A DNA stretch of 64,000 bases from Eubacteriales bacterium (GCA_045658565.1 JAZOVF010000031.1:64222-128221); one strand, 5' to 3'; shown: positions 9,117 through 17,003, counted from the first letter of the stretch. Notes: generated from the letters alone by a model not told the origin. Made by a program: numbers and translations.

Positions 9117-9150
9117 AAAAATGCGAGGGCAAATCCCCTCGCATTTTTTA
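9117..9150. terminator. bidirectional rho-independent terminator
   Basis: aaaaatGCGAGGGcaaatcCCCTCGCatttttt: a GC-rich stem flanked by an A-run and a T-run, between convergent genes. Confidence 0.7.
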
Positions 9151-10205
9151 TAATGAAAGATCAGATTTTGTGATATTTGTTGCTGCAAACACTTTCTGCT
9201 CGGCTTCTTCTTTTGTCTTTGCGGTTTTGAAGCAGATAGCATCACCCTTGTCATCAAAAAGAGTTGCAACAAATTCATTGTCTGCTTCCGTAGATTTTAT
9301 TCCATAACGTCTGAGTTCCGCCACGATTGCAGTCATATCACCGGAAAGAGTAAAGCTCTCTGTCGCGGGGATAAAATAGCTGTCACCGAGATTTAAGGGG
9401 GGGCGTTTATGTATCCTTTTCCGTCGGTTACGGTAACGCATCTAAAGATTGCAGAATCTTCCTCGAATACTTTGCATTCATTCTTTAAAACAGCTTTTCT
9501 TGCAGTAAAGTATTTGTTTATTCCTAAAAGATCGCCATCAAGCCTTACACCCTTATATTTAGAAAAATCAAGGACATTCAGAGCTTTTTCTATGTGAAGC
9601 TCTCGTGTATTTCCGTTTTTATCCCGTCTGTCGTAGTCATAGACAAGGTAGATAAGATTGCTGTTTTGCTGTATTTCATAAATAAGGCAACCTGTTCCGA
9701 TGGCATGTATTGTACCTGAGGGAATAAAGAAGCAGTCACCTGCTTTTACCTCAAAGAAATTCATAAGAGCGGTAAGTGTGTTTTCTTTTATGGCCACGTC
9801 AACCTCATCTTTTGAAACCCGTCTATTAAAGCACAGATAAATTCCGGCGCCTTCATCGGCTTCAACGATGTACCACATTTCGGTTTTGCCGTAGCTGTTT
9901 TCATGTGTTAGAGCATAATCATCACTCGGATGCACATGAACCGAGAGATTGTCATTTGCATCAATAAGCTTTATCATAAGAGGGAAGTTATGAAATATTT
10001 ATGCGTTCTTGCCCAAATCTTCCTTTGTAACATATTCAGAAAGAAGAGTGCCGTTCTCGAACTTCGTGGGTCCGTCGGGATGAAATGAAAGCTCCCAGCT
10101 TTCGGCGCATATGCTGTTTTTAGTGGTTTTTCCGTATTTATCTATAAGTCTTGTTCCGCCCCAAAGGTTGTCCTTTAATTCGGGATAAAGTTTTAAAGTT
10201 CTCAT
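9148..10205 (-). pseudogene. manA: class I mannose-6-phosphate isomerase, disrupted (in-frame TAA plus frameshift in a C7 tract)
   Basis: ORFs 9999..10205 and 9393..9977 share a frame and are split by a TAA at 9999-10001 (...EDLGKNA*IFHNFPLMIKLIDA...LSVHVHP). Adding one C to the C7 run (G7 on the + strand, 9397-9403) would join the 9148..9441 frame (...LNLGDSYFIPATESFTLSG). Confidence 0.75.
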
Positions 10206-10363
10206 AAAAGCTCCATAAATTTTATAAATTTATAACGAAATCTATAAATAACTTGCGATAAATAAAAATATCAGCGATTTTTATAAATAGATTTGCTGAT
10301 GTATTGCAAAAGTATTAACACTATGCTAGAATGAAGTATGCTCATTTTAAGAAGGGGGATAAT

Positions 10364-11239
10364 ATGGCGGTTTTTAATGAAGTTGAAGCTCAAAGCGCAT
10401 TCATCGATTCGCTTCGATCCATTGGTGAAAAGCAAAGTGATTTTGACGTCAGCATAAGGTATATTAATAATCTGCCGTCCTATCAACCTTCTCATCATTA
10501 TTTCGAGCTTCTGGCAGTAGCCGAGGGTGAAGTGAAAATTGTTTTAGGAAATGAGACTGTTACTGCTTCTTCACGAAGTGCGTGTTTCTTCTTCCCCGGG
10601 GAGCCGAGAAGACTTGAGGCCGAGAATAATTCTGAAGCAATTGTTTATAGTCTGATTGTGTCACCCTATCTTTTAACAGAGTTTTGTAACCTTGTAGCAC
10701 ACAGAGCCTTAGATCTTCTTTTCTCGGGTCAAGGTCATCATCTTTTCAGAATGCATTTCCGTGATTTTGAGTACTTTGTGCATCTTGCGGAGATTGCCAT
10801 ATCTTCTGAGAAGGAGGAGGCTCGCATACTTTCCAAGCGTGCGGTATACAACCTTGTCAGCCAGCTTATTCTCTCTATTGAGGATAATTCTGCATATCCC
10901 GACTGGTTTGAGATGTTTCTTGAGAAAATTCATCTCCCTGAATACTTCTTAAGCCCGATGAGCGAAATATACAAGCTTGCTCCCTACTCCCAGCCAATGC
11001 TTAACTCCTATTTTAACCGTTTTATGGGTGAAACGCTGGTTTCTTATATTACTAAAATGAAGATTAACTATGCCTGTAGCCTTCTTCGTTTTTCCGAGCT
11101 TACTGTTGTTGACATTGCTTCTAAGACAAAATATAGCAGCTTAAGCCATTTTAACCATATCTTCAAAAAACAGGTTGGAATGACCCCTTCCGAATACCGT
11201 GTGAATAACTCTGTAATAAAAAGCAATTTGAACAAATAA
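10364..11239 (+). CDS. AraC-family transcriptional regulator
   Basis: ORF 10331..11239 trimmed to ATG10364 (GGGGGA SD). The C-terminal HTH_18 pattern is ...SLSHFNHIFKKQVGMTPSEYR. It is divergent from manA. Confidence 0.8.
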   Translation: MAVFNEVEAQSAFIDSLRSIGEKQSDFDVSIRYINNLPSYQPSHHYFELLAVAEGEVKIVLGNETVTASSRSACFFFPGEPRRLEAENNSEAIVYSLIVSPYLLTEFCNLVAHRALDLLFSGQGHHLFRMHFRDFEYFVHLAEIAISSEKEEARILSKRAVYNLVSQLILSIEDNSAYPDWFEMFLEKIHLPEYFLSPMSEIYKLAPYSQPMLNSYFNRFMGETLVSYITKMKINYACSLLRFSELTVVDIASKTKYSSLSHFNHIFKKQVGMTPSEYRVNNSVIKSNLNK

Positions 11240-11311
11240 CTTTTAAAGGTATCGAAAACTCGGTACCTTTATATTATACCATAAAACACACGTTTGGTTA
11301 ATAGCGTTTAA

Positions 11312-11352
11312 TAAAAGCGATGAGAAATCTCTCATCGCTTTTGGCTTTTTTT
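11312..11352. terminator. bidirectional rho-independent terminator
   Basis: Perfect 10-bp hairpin agcgatgaga/tctcatcgct with a T9 run on the + strand and A/T runs on the other side, between convergent genes. Confidence 0.7.
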
Positions 11353-12384
11353 TTAGAAGCTGTAATCGGGATTAACAATTTTACCGGTTTTTGATGACTC
11401 AATAACAGCAAGGCAGGCAACAACGGTTTTTGCACCCTCGTAAACGGTTGTCGTAATAGGAGTATCGTTTATAAGATGGTCAGCAAATTCCTTAAATTCT
11501 GCGGTTGCGTTGTGGTTGTTTATTTCAACAGGGATGATCTCGGGCTCTCCCGCGCCATGACCCTCATCGTCGGCAAAGAATGCCTGGAATGTGTCAGAGC
11601 GGTTATCAAAGATAAGTGTTCCCTTTGTGCCGTAAATGCAGGTACGCATAGTGTAATTGCGCTTGCATCCAGTGGATACAAACACCTTGCCCATAATATT
11701 TCCCGGGAACTTAAGAATAGCAAGGTTAGCATCATCGTATGTAACCTCAGGAAGAAGCTTGTGAGTTCCGTGAGCATAAACCTCGGTAGGGTCAGCGTTT
11801 ACAAGCCATCTGAGAAGGTCTACTGCGTGGCATCCGCCGCCTACAACACCGTTACGAACAGGGGCTGATCTCCAGTTTGTGGGGTTTTCTTCAAACATAT
11901 GCTGGTAGTCGTGAGCATACTCCGACTCAACAAAGTAAAGATCTCCGATTTTTCCCTCTTCGATAATCTGCTTAGCCTGAACAAATGCGGGAGTAAAGCG
12001 GCAGATCTGACCGATCATAAACTTGCACTCGGGGTGAGCCTCAACAGCCTTGACAATCGCGTTTATGTCATCGCGGGTCAGGGCAAGGGGCTTCTCGCAC
12101 ATAATATGCTTACCCGCAGCAAGGCATTCTTCAATTTGTACTCTGTGCTGCTGGTCGGGAGTTGCGATAATAACAGTATTTATATCCTTGTTGTTAACGA
12201 TATCGTGATAATCAGTTGTTCCAATTTCTTTGGGAAGGTTGTTCTCTTCAAGAACCTTAGCGAGTTGGTCGGGATCTGTGTCGCAAATACCACCGATCTC
12301 AGCTCCGTAATTTATCGCACCCTTGAGATGGTTTGAACCCATCCCGAGACCTATAACACCAACAACTAATTTTTCCACCTTCAT
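11353..12384 (-). CDS. Gfo/Idh/MocA-family NAD(P)-dependent oxidoreductase
   Basis: 343-aa ORF with an N-terminal Rossmann motif VGVIGLGMGSNH, the EKP motif (MCEKPLA) and a family-typical C-terminal domain. Confidence 0.85.
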   Translation of the reverse strand: MKVEKLVVGVIGLGMGSNHLKGAINYGAEIGGICDTDPDQLAKVLEENNLPKEIGTTDYHDIVNNKDINTVIIATPDQQHRVQIEECLAAGKHIMCEKPLALTRDDINAIVKAVEAHPECKFMIGQICRFTPAFVQAKQIIEEGKIGDLYFVESEYAHDYQHMFEENPTNWRSAPVRNGVVGGGCHAVDLLRWLVNADPTEVYAHGTHKLLPEVTYDDANLAILKFPGNIMGKVFVSTGCKRNYTMRTCIYGTKGTLIFDNRSDTFQAFFADDEGHGAGEPEIIPVEINNHNATAEFKEFADHLINDTPITTTVYEGAKTVVACLAVIESSKTGKIVNPDYSF

Positions 12385-12415
12385 TTTTATAAAACCTACC
12401 TTTCGGTTAATTTGA

Positions 12416-12444
12416 TTTTAGAACTAATTTAAATTGTTCTAAAA
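12416..12444. promoter_or_regulatory. candidate operator: 9-bp inverted repeat TTTTAGAAC-N11-GTTCTAAAA
   Basis: Perfect palindromic arms in the 5' region of the oxidoreductase gene, with a third AGAAC half-site 14 nt further on. Confidence 0.3.
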
Positions 12445-12511
12445 TTATTATAAAAAACAGAACTTTAATTTGGAATGATAAATCAATAATATAAACATAA
12501 AAAAATGATAA

Positions 12512-12542
12512 AATCGTCAAAGCGTTGTTTTTAATCGTCAAA
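12512..12542. promoter_or_regulatory. candidate AraC-type operator: direct repeat AATCGTCAAA x2, 21-bp register
   Basis: Identical 10-mers at 12512-12521 and 12533-12542, i.e. two helical turns apart, between the divergent oxidoreductase and PocR/AraC genes. Confidence 0.3.
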
Positions 12543-12564
12543 TTGTAATTTTTCTTGGAATATA

Positions 12565-12593
12565 TTGAATTTAGACTTGTTATCTGCTATAAT
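12565..12593 (+). promoter_or_regulatory. putative promoter TTGAAT-17nt-TATAAT
   Basis: The -35 box is at 12565-12570 and the -10 box at 12588-12593, about 40 nt upstream of the GAGGAG SD and ATG12636. Confidence 0.55.
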
Positions 12594-12635
12594 CATATAT
12601 GAAGAATAGATAAACACGAGAGGAGAAAGTTCCTT

Positions 12636-13463
12636 ATGGATATACAAAAGCTAGACATAATACTCAGAGATTTTTATTTAATTTCGGGTATGGAAACATC
12701 TATTCTTGATGTCGATTTTCATAGTATAGCCGTATGTCGTTCATCTGACGAGAATTTTTGCTCTATATTTCACAGAGCATCCGGTGCGCTTGATATATGT
12801 AAAGCCTCGGATATAGAGAGGCTTTCCGCTGTGCGTGCAAGTCTTGAGCCGTCAATTTATACCTGTCCCTGCGGTATTACAGAGGTAATTGTGCCTATAA
12901 TCAGAGGCGACAGTATTACCGCCTACCTTATTTCCTCTATCGGAATAGAGGATTATCCCGGATGTGACACCGATGTGTTGAAAAAAACACGCATATTGGC
13001 TCCAAGACTTACCGAGGAAGGTATAATGCCTCACATAGTCGAGCTTAACCATCTTTCCTCGGAGAAAATAAATGCCTATTACAATATGTTAAAAATGGTA
13101 GCAGAGCATCTCAGCAACGACGAAACCCTTTCTTCTGACTCGGAGAGTATCGGCAAACTTGTAAAGTATTACATAAAAAATAATCTTACCAGAAAATTGA
13201 CACTTGCGGATATAGCCTGGAATCTCCATTGCAGCACCGTAACTCTTACCGAGCATTTTAAGGCAGAGTTTGGAATTACAATAATGGACTATGTAACAAA
13301 AAAGCGAATGGACCTGTCGGAGAAGATACTTCTCGGAACAGATGAGCCTTTACGCGAGGTGGCATCCAGAGTAGGTTTTTCCGATGTGGAATATTTCTCC
13401 CGTACCTTCAAGCGCTACCATGGCATCTCTCCTGCCGCGTGGCGTAAAGCTAATAAGCAATAA
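12636..13463 (+). CDS. PocR-sensor / AraC-family transcriptional regulator
   Basis: 275-aa ORF. The N-terminal part resembles a PocR ligand-binding domain (Cys-rich: FCSIFH, CKASD, YTCPCG). The C-terminal AraC HTH is FSDVEYFSRTFKRYHGISPAAWR. Confidence 0.75.
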   Translation: MDIQKLDIILRDFYLISGMETSILDVDFHSIAVCRSSDENFCSIFHRASGALDICKASDIERLSAVRASLEPSIYTCPCGITEVIVPIIRGDSITAYLISSIGIEDYPGCDTDVLKKTRILAPRLTEEGIMPHIVELNHLSSEKINAYYNMLKMVAEHLSNDETLSSDSESIGKLVKYYIKNNLTRKLTLADIAWNLHCSTVTLTEHFKAEFGITIMDYVTKKRMDLSEKILLGTDEPLREVASRVGFSDVEYFSRTFKRYHGISPAAWRKANKQ

Positions 13464-13474
13464 TGATAAAAGTA

Positions 13475-13515
13475 AAGAAGAGATATAGCAAAAGCCTAAC
13501 GCTATACCTCTTCTT
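13475..13515 (+). terminator. rho-independent terminator
   Basis: 15-bp stem aagaagagatatagc/gctatacctcttctt (1 mismatch) followed by a T-rich tail. Confidence 0.6.
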
Positions 13516-13518
13516 TAT

Positions 13519-14106
13519 TTATTTTTTGATTATATAATTCTTGCAGCTTCTGCAGGCACACTCTTCTTTGGAGTTGAACTCGCCGCAAACAGGGCAGAGC
13601 CAGCGACCTGTAATTTCGGGCTTGACGGGAAAGCGCGTTCCGCCAATATGTATAACCTCATCGCCCACCTTGTAATAACCCTCAAGATTTTTAGAAACGT
13701 CTGTAAGCTCCCTTACAATTATATCATCGCCCGAGCGAATATAGAGGGTCAGACGGTTAATGTCTCTGAAATATTTGCTGTACCTCTTCTTCACAAGACC
13801 GCCGTATCCAACAGTCATAATTCCGTTGCTAGCCCCTACGTTTAAGTCTATTTTTTCTATTGTTCCCGAGTAGCCTTTTGTGCTGCCGAATTTTGCGTTT
13901 CTTTTTTCATAAAAGAGGATTGCTAAGGAGATAACAGCGCATGTCGCCGAGATTATAAACAGTAGCGTGTTGCTTCCCTTAAGTAACATTGCAATAATCG
14001 AAGCGGCAAGTAATAAAACTCCAAAAACAAACCAAAATGCAGAGCAGAATATCTCCGACTTGCGTTTTGAGGTAATACCGTCAATGTCATATCTTGTGTT
14101 CATCAT
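13519..14106 (-). CDS. hypothetical 2-TM protein with C-terminal zinc ribbon (paralog 2)
   Basis: 195-aa ORF with two N-terminal hydrophobic helices and a C-terminal CPVCGEFN...CRSC. It overlaps the upstream paralog by 20 nt. Confidence 0.65.
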   Translation of the reverse strand: MMNTRYDIDGITSKRKSEIFCSAFWFVFGVLLLAASIIAMLLKGSNTLLFIISATCAVISLAILFYEKRNAKFGSTKGYSGTIEKIDLNVGASNGIMTVGYGGLVKKRYSKYFRDINRLTLYIRSGDDIIVRELTDVSKNLEGYYKVGDEVIHIGGTRFPVKPEITGRWLCPVCGEFNSKEECACRSCKNYIIKK

Positions 14107-14737
14107 ACTCTCCTTGTCTTAAGATTTTAAGACCGCAGCCCCCACACATCGCGCTCTCTTCGCCGTTAACCTCGCCGCAAAGCGGGCAGGGCTGTCTCTC
14201 GGTTTCTCTGTTTATGACAATAGGAAATTTGCATCCTGCGGGCTTTAAGAGAACATCACCCTCCTCGTATATTTCAAGGTGCGAGCCGTAAAGGCCGGTC
14301 AGCAAGTGAATGCCCCCGTCGTCACTCTTTAAATATATTTCACCGTTAAAGTGCATATTTTTGTGAAAGGCTTTTCTGTTTGCGCGTGTGTTTGGAGCAT
14401 AGGGCATAGCACCGTGGCCGCCTACCTGCTTGTGCCTCATTCCATTGCCTGTGTACGAGCCGCGCTTCATTATTTCATACTCGGATTCTTTTATGTTTTC
14501 TCCTTTTATTTCTCCGGAAAACAGAATTTTAGGATTATATTTATCTAATAATTTAAGGAGAAGCAAAAGGATAACAAAAAGTGCACCGCCCGAAAGGATT
14601 ATAACTTCGCCTATGCATGAGAGGGCAATAAGCAGGGCGCAAATTGCAGCGAGAGAAATGAGGATAAAAAGCTTTGTAAGAAAGCCTTGTTTGTTTTTCT
14701 TTACTGTTAAACATAAGCTGTTTAAATCGTATGTCAT
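14087..14737 (-). CDS. hypothetical 2-TM protein with C-terminal zinc ribbon (paralog 1)
   Basis: 216-aa ORF with an AGGAGG SD and the same architecture as the downstream gene (CPLCGEVN...CGGCG). Confidence 0.65.
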   Translation of the reverse strand: MTYDLNSLCLTVKKNKQGFLTKLFILISLAAICALLIALSCIGEVIILSGGALFVILLLLLKLLDKYNPKILFSGEIKGENIKESEYEIMKRGSYTGNGMRHKQVGGHGAMPYAPNTRANRKAFHKNMHFNGEIYLKSDDGGIHLLTGLYGSHLEIYEEGDVLLKPAGCKFPIVINRETERQPCPLCGEVNGEESAMCGGCGLKILRQGEYDEHKI

Positions 14738-14764
14738 TTTTATTACCTCCTTATTCCTGTTTCC

Positions 14765-14793
14765 ATTTTAGCACAATGCGGTCCGGTTGTCAA
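14765..14793 (-). promoter_or_regulatory. promoter TTGACA-17nt-TGcTAAAAT (minus strand)
   Basis: The reverse complement reads TTGACAaccggaccgcattgtgcTAAAAT, about 25 nt upstream of the zinc-ribbon gene's SD. Confidence 0.6.
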
Positions 14794-14803
14794 ACTTTTT
14801 TAA

Positions 14804-14848
14804 CAAAAAAATGAGGGTAGCTCAAGTAAAAAACTTGAGCTACCCTCT
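14804..14848 (-). terminator. rho-independent terminator of tRNA-Arg
   Basis: Perfect 14-bp stem gagggtagctcaag/cttgagctaccctc, followed on the minus strand by T7. Confidence 0.8.
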
Positions 14849-14863
14849 AAAGCATGTGGCTCT

Positions 14864-14940
14864 TGGCCTACCTGCGCGGATTCGAACCGCGGACCTTCAG
14901 AGTCGGAGTCTGACGCGCTATCCAGCTGTGCCCCAGGTAG
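14864..14940 (-). tRNA. tRNA-Arg (anticodon CCG), slightly atypical
   Basis: Manual cloverleaf of 77 nt: acceptor CTACCTG/CAGGTAG, D-loop AGCTGGATA, anticodon stem TCAGA/TCTGA with loop CTCCGAC, T-arm CGCGG-TTCGAAT-CCGCG, G73-CCA. The atypical features are C1:G72, G8 and one D-stem mismatch. Confidence 0.65.
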
Positions 14941-15077
14941 GTATTAACTTTTTGAGCATGGTTACGGTAAACCTTCAGAGTTTGCCGCTCGGGGGAATAT
15001 AGGAGAAAATTGCGTTGTGAAAATCTACTGCATTGCAGCATCTCCTCGCTTGGCAATATTCCGCCGAGGGCGGAATG

Positions 15078-15170
15078 CGGAGTCTGACGCGCTATGTTAG
15101 CTGTGCCACAGGTAGGTATTAACTTTTTGAGCATGGTTACGGTAAACCTTCAGAGTTTGCCGCTCGGGGA
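15078..15170 (-). repeat. second copy of the tRNA-Arg 5' half (to the anticodon loop) plus its ~55-bp upstream region
   Basis: ~92 bp nearly identical to 14904-14995. Differences are confined to the D-loop and position 8. Identity stops exactly after CTCCG of the anticodon loop and is followed by the hairpin attccgcc-ctc-ggcggaat. Confidence 0.85.
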
Positions 15171-15240
15171 AGAGTATACCACTTTTTTTGATGTTTGTCA
15201 ATAGAAATCTAATCAAAAGAAAATGTTCAAAGTAGTAAAC

Positions 15241-15283
15241 TTTAGGAGAAAATTGAACAAGCCTGTTTAAGAGGCTTGTTCAA
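15241..15283 (-). terminator. rho-independent terminator of the LRR gene
   Basis: Perfect 12-bp stem ttgaacaagcct/aggcttgttcaa, followed on the minus strand by TTTT. Confidence 0.65.
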
Positions 15284-15314
15284 TTCAATAGAATGTATTG
15301 ATGTTTATCAAAAA

Positions 15315-17003
15315 TCAGTTTCCCGACAGATTAAGCCATTTAACAGGTGTGCCGGCTGAAACGTCAAGATACCAATAATTACCTGCGACAGTAGGTCTGC
15401 CAAGCTCTTCTGCCCAGTAGTAATAAATGTTTGAGGAGTTTATAGCAGAGTTTCCGTCCTTTATATCAAGGTTATTCCATTCTGCTTCGTTACCGCCCCA
15501 GTAAATAATATGTAGGTTTTCCGCGCCGAAAAATGCATTTTTGCCAATGTAGGTTACAGACTTGGGAATAATGATTTTTTCCATATTTTTGTACCCCATA
15601 AAGGCATAATCGGAAATAAATCTAATATCCTCGGTAATAACAAATCCTTCAGTAACCGATTTGTCGTTTACATAGAATAGAGCATTTCCATACCGAAGAG
15701 GGTTAGAATAATCGTTTTCAAAGGTTGATTCACACCAGCCCTTACGGCTTGTTACTCTAACCTCTTGGATTGTGTTGCAGTTCTTGAATGCATTTTTTCC
15801 AAATGATTTTGTTACATCGTTGTTCTCAAACTTAACATATATTATCTCATCAAGTGTACTTAAGAAGTTTGCGGGAACGCGCTTTGCCGTTCTGCCAAAG
15901 GTAACCGTAATGTCAATTTCGGCATGAATTCCCGCACCTGTGAAGATGTTATTATCATCGGCAAAGTCAGAAAGATTTTCTGCATTAAGTTTAATGGTAT
16001 CGAGCCATTCGCAGTTATAAAATGCAAAGTCCTCAATAACTTTTATACTCACAGGAATGATAAGCTCCTTGAGAGGCGTACCCGAAAATGCACCTTCGCC
16101 AATCTCTGAGCATATAGCACCGTCATTAAATTTAAGAATTCTGAATCTGGTAGCTGAGTCCATAAGATACGAGGGAATTCTCTCAACATTTTCACCAATC
16201 TGTAAAGTCATAGTCTGGCTGTTTGTGGCAGCAAGCTTAAACACAGCTGAGCCGGGAAGTAGGTCGTTTAACCTTGTTGCGTTGTAATAAATCATATCAA
16301 GGTTAGCACAGCCGTAAAAGGCCTCGTCGCCTATATATTCAATATCTTCGGGTATTGTAATTTCCTTAAGCGAGGAGCATTTGTTGAATGCGTTTGCAGA
16401 AATAATTTTAGTGTCGGGATGTATTTTTGCTTTAGATATATCTGTTGAAACAGCCGAGAGAAGTATTGCATATTCATTGCTTCCGGAAGATAAATATGTT
16501 GTGTTCTCGTATTCACTAACATCGAGGGAACTGCATCGATAAAACGCGTTTTTGCCTATTTGTTTTAAGGCAGAACCGCCCTCTATGATTATTATCTCAA
16601 GCTTTGTGCAATTGCCGAATGCCATATCTCCGATATATGAAACGGTTTTTGGAATGGTGATTTTCTTTAAAACCGAGCATGCCTCAAACGCCGAAGAGCC
16701 AATAACAGTAACTCCCGAGGGAATAACAATCTCGGTAGCGGTACTGTTTGTGAAAAAGGCCTTGTCGGAAATGGACGTAACAGGGTGGCCGTCTATTGAA
16801 GAGGGGATTTCAACCTTTTCCTTCGTGGACTTGCATCTTGTTATACTGATTTCGCCGCTATCAGACAAGCGGTAAACATATTCTACGCCTTCGGGGGTGA
16901 CTCCGCCATTTTCGGATTCGTTACCTCCGCAAGACACAAGAGAAATAATAAAGGTTAGTGATAGAAGAAATAGAAGTAAAGCGTTTGTCTTTTTCATGGG
17001 CAC
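15315..17003 (-). CDS. BspA-type leucine-rich-repeat surface lipoprotein
   Basis: 562-aa ORF with a signal peptide and lipobox (LVSCGG). It has many repeats of the I.IP..V..IG..AF..C..L type. Confidence 0.8.
   Translation of the reverse strand: MPMKKTNALLLFLLSLTFIISLVSCGGNESENGGVTPEGVEYVYRLSDSGEISITRCKSTKEKVEIPSSIDGHPVTSISDKAFFTNSTATEIVIPSGVTVIGSSAFEACSVLKKITIPKTVSYIGDMAFGNCTKLEIIIIEGGSALKQIGKNAFYRCSSLDVSEYENTTYLSSGSNEYAILLSAVSTDISKAKIHPDTKIISANAFNKCSSLKEITIPEDIEYIGDEAFYGCANLDMIYYNATRLNDLLPGSAVFKLAATNSQTMTLQIGENVERIPSYLMDSATRFRILKFNDGAICSEIGEGAFSGTPLKELIIPVSIKVIEDFAFYNCEWLDTIKLNAENLSDFADDNNIFTGAGIHAEIDITVTFGRTAKRVPANFLSTLDEIIYVKFENNDVTKSFGKNAFKNCNTIQEVRVTSRKGWCESTFENDYSNPLRYGNALFYVNDKSVTEGFVITEDIRFISDYAFMGYKNMEKIIIPKSVTYIGKNAFFGAENLHIIYWGGNEAEWNNLDIKDGNSAINSSNIYYYWAEELGRPTVAGNYWYLDVSAGTPVKWLNLSGN

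Noticed and set aside
14787-15134. Tracked ORFs 14787..15002 (+) and 14868..15134 (-).
   Set aside because: They overlap the tRNA-Arg gene, its terminator and the duplicated tRNA half. They have no SD and no recognisable protein features.
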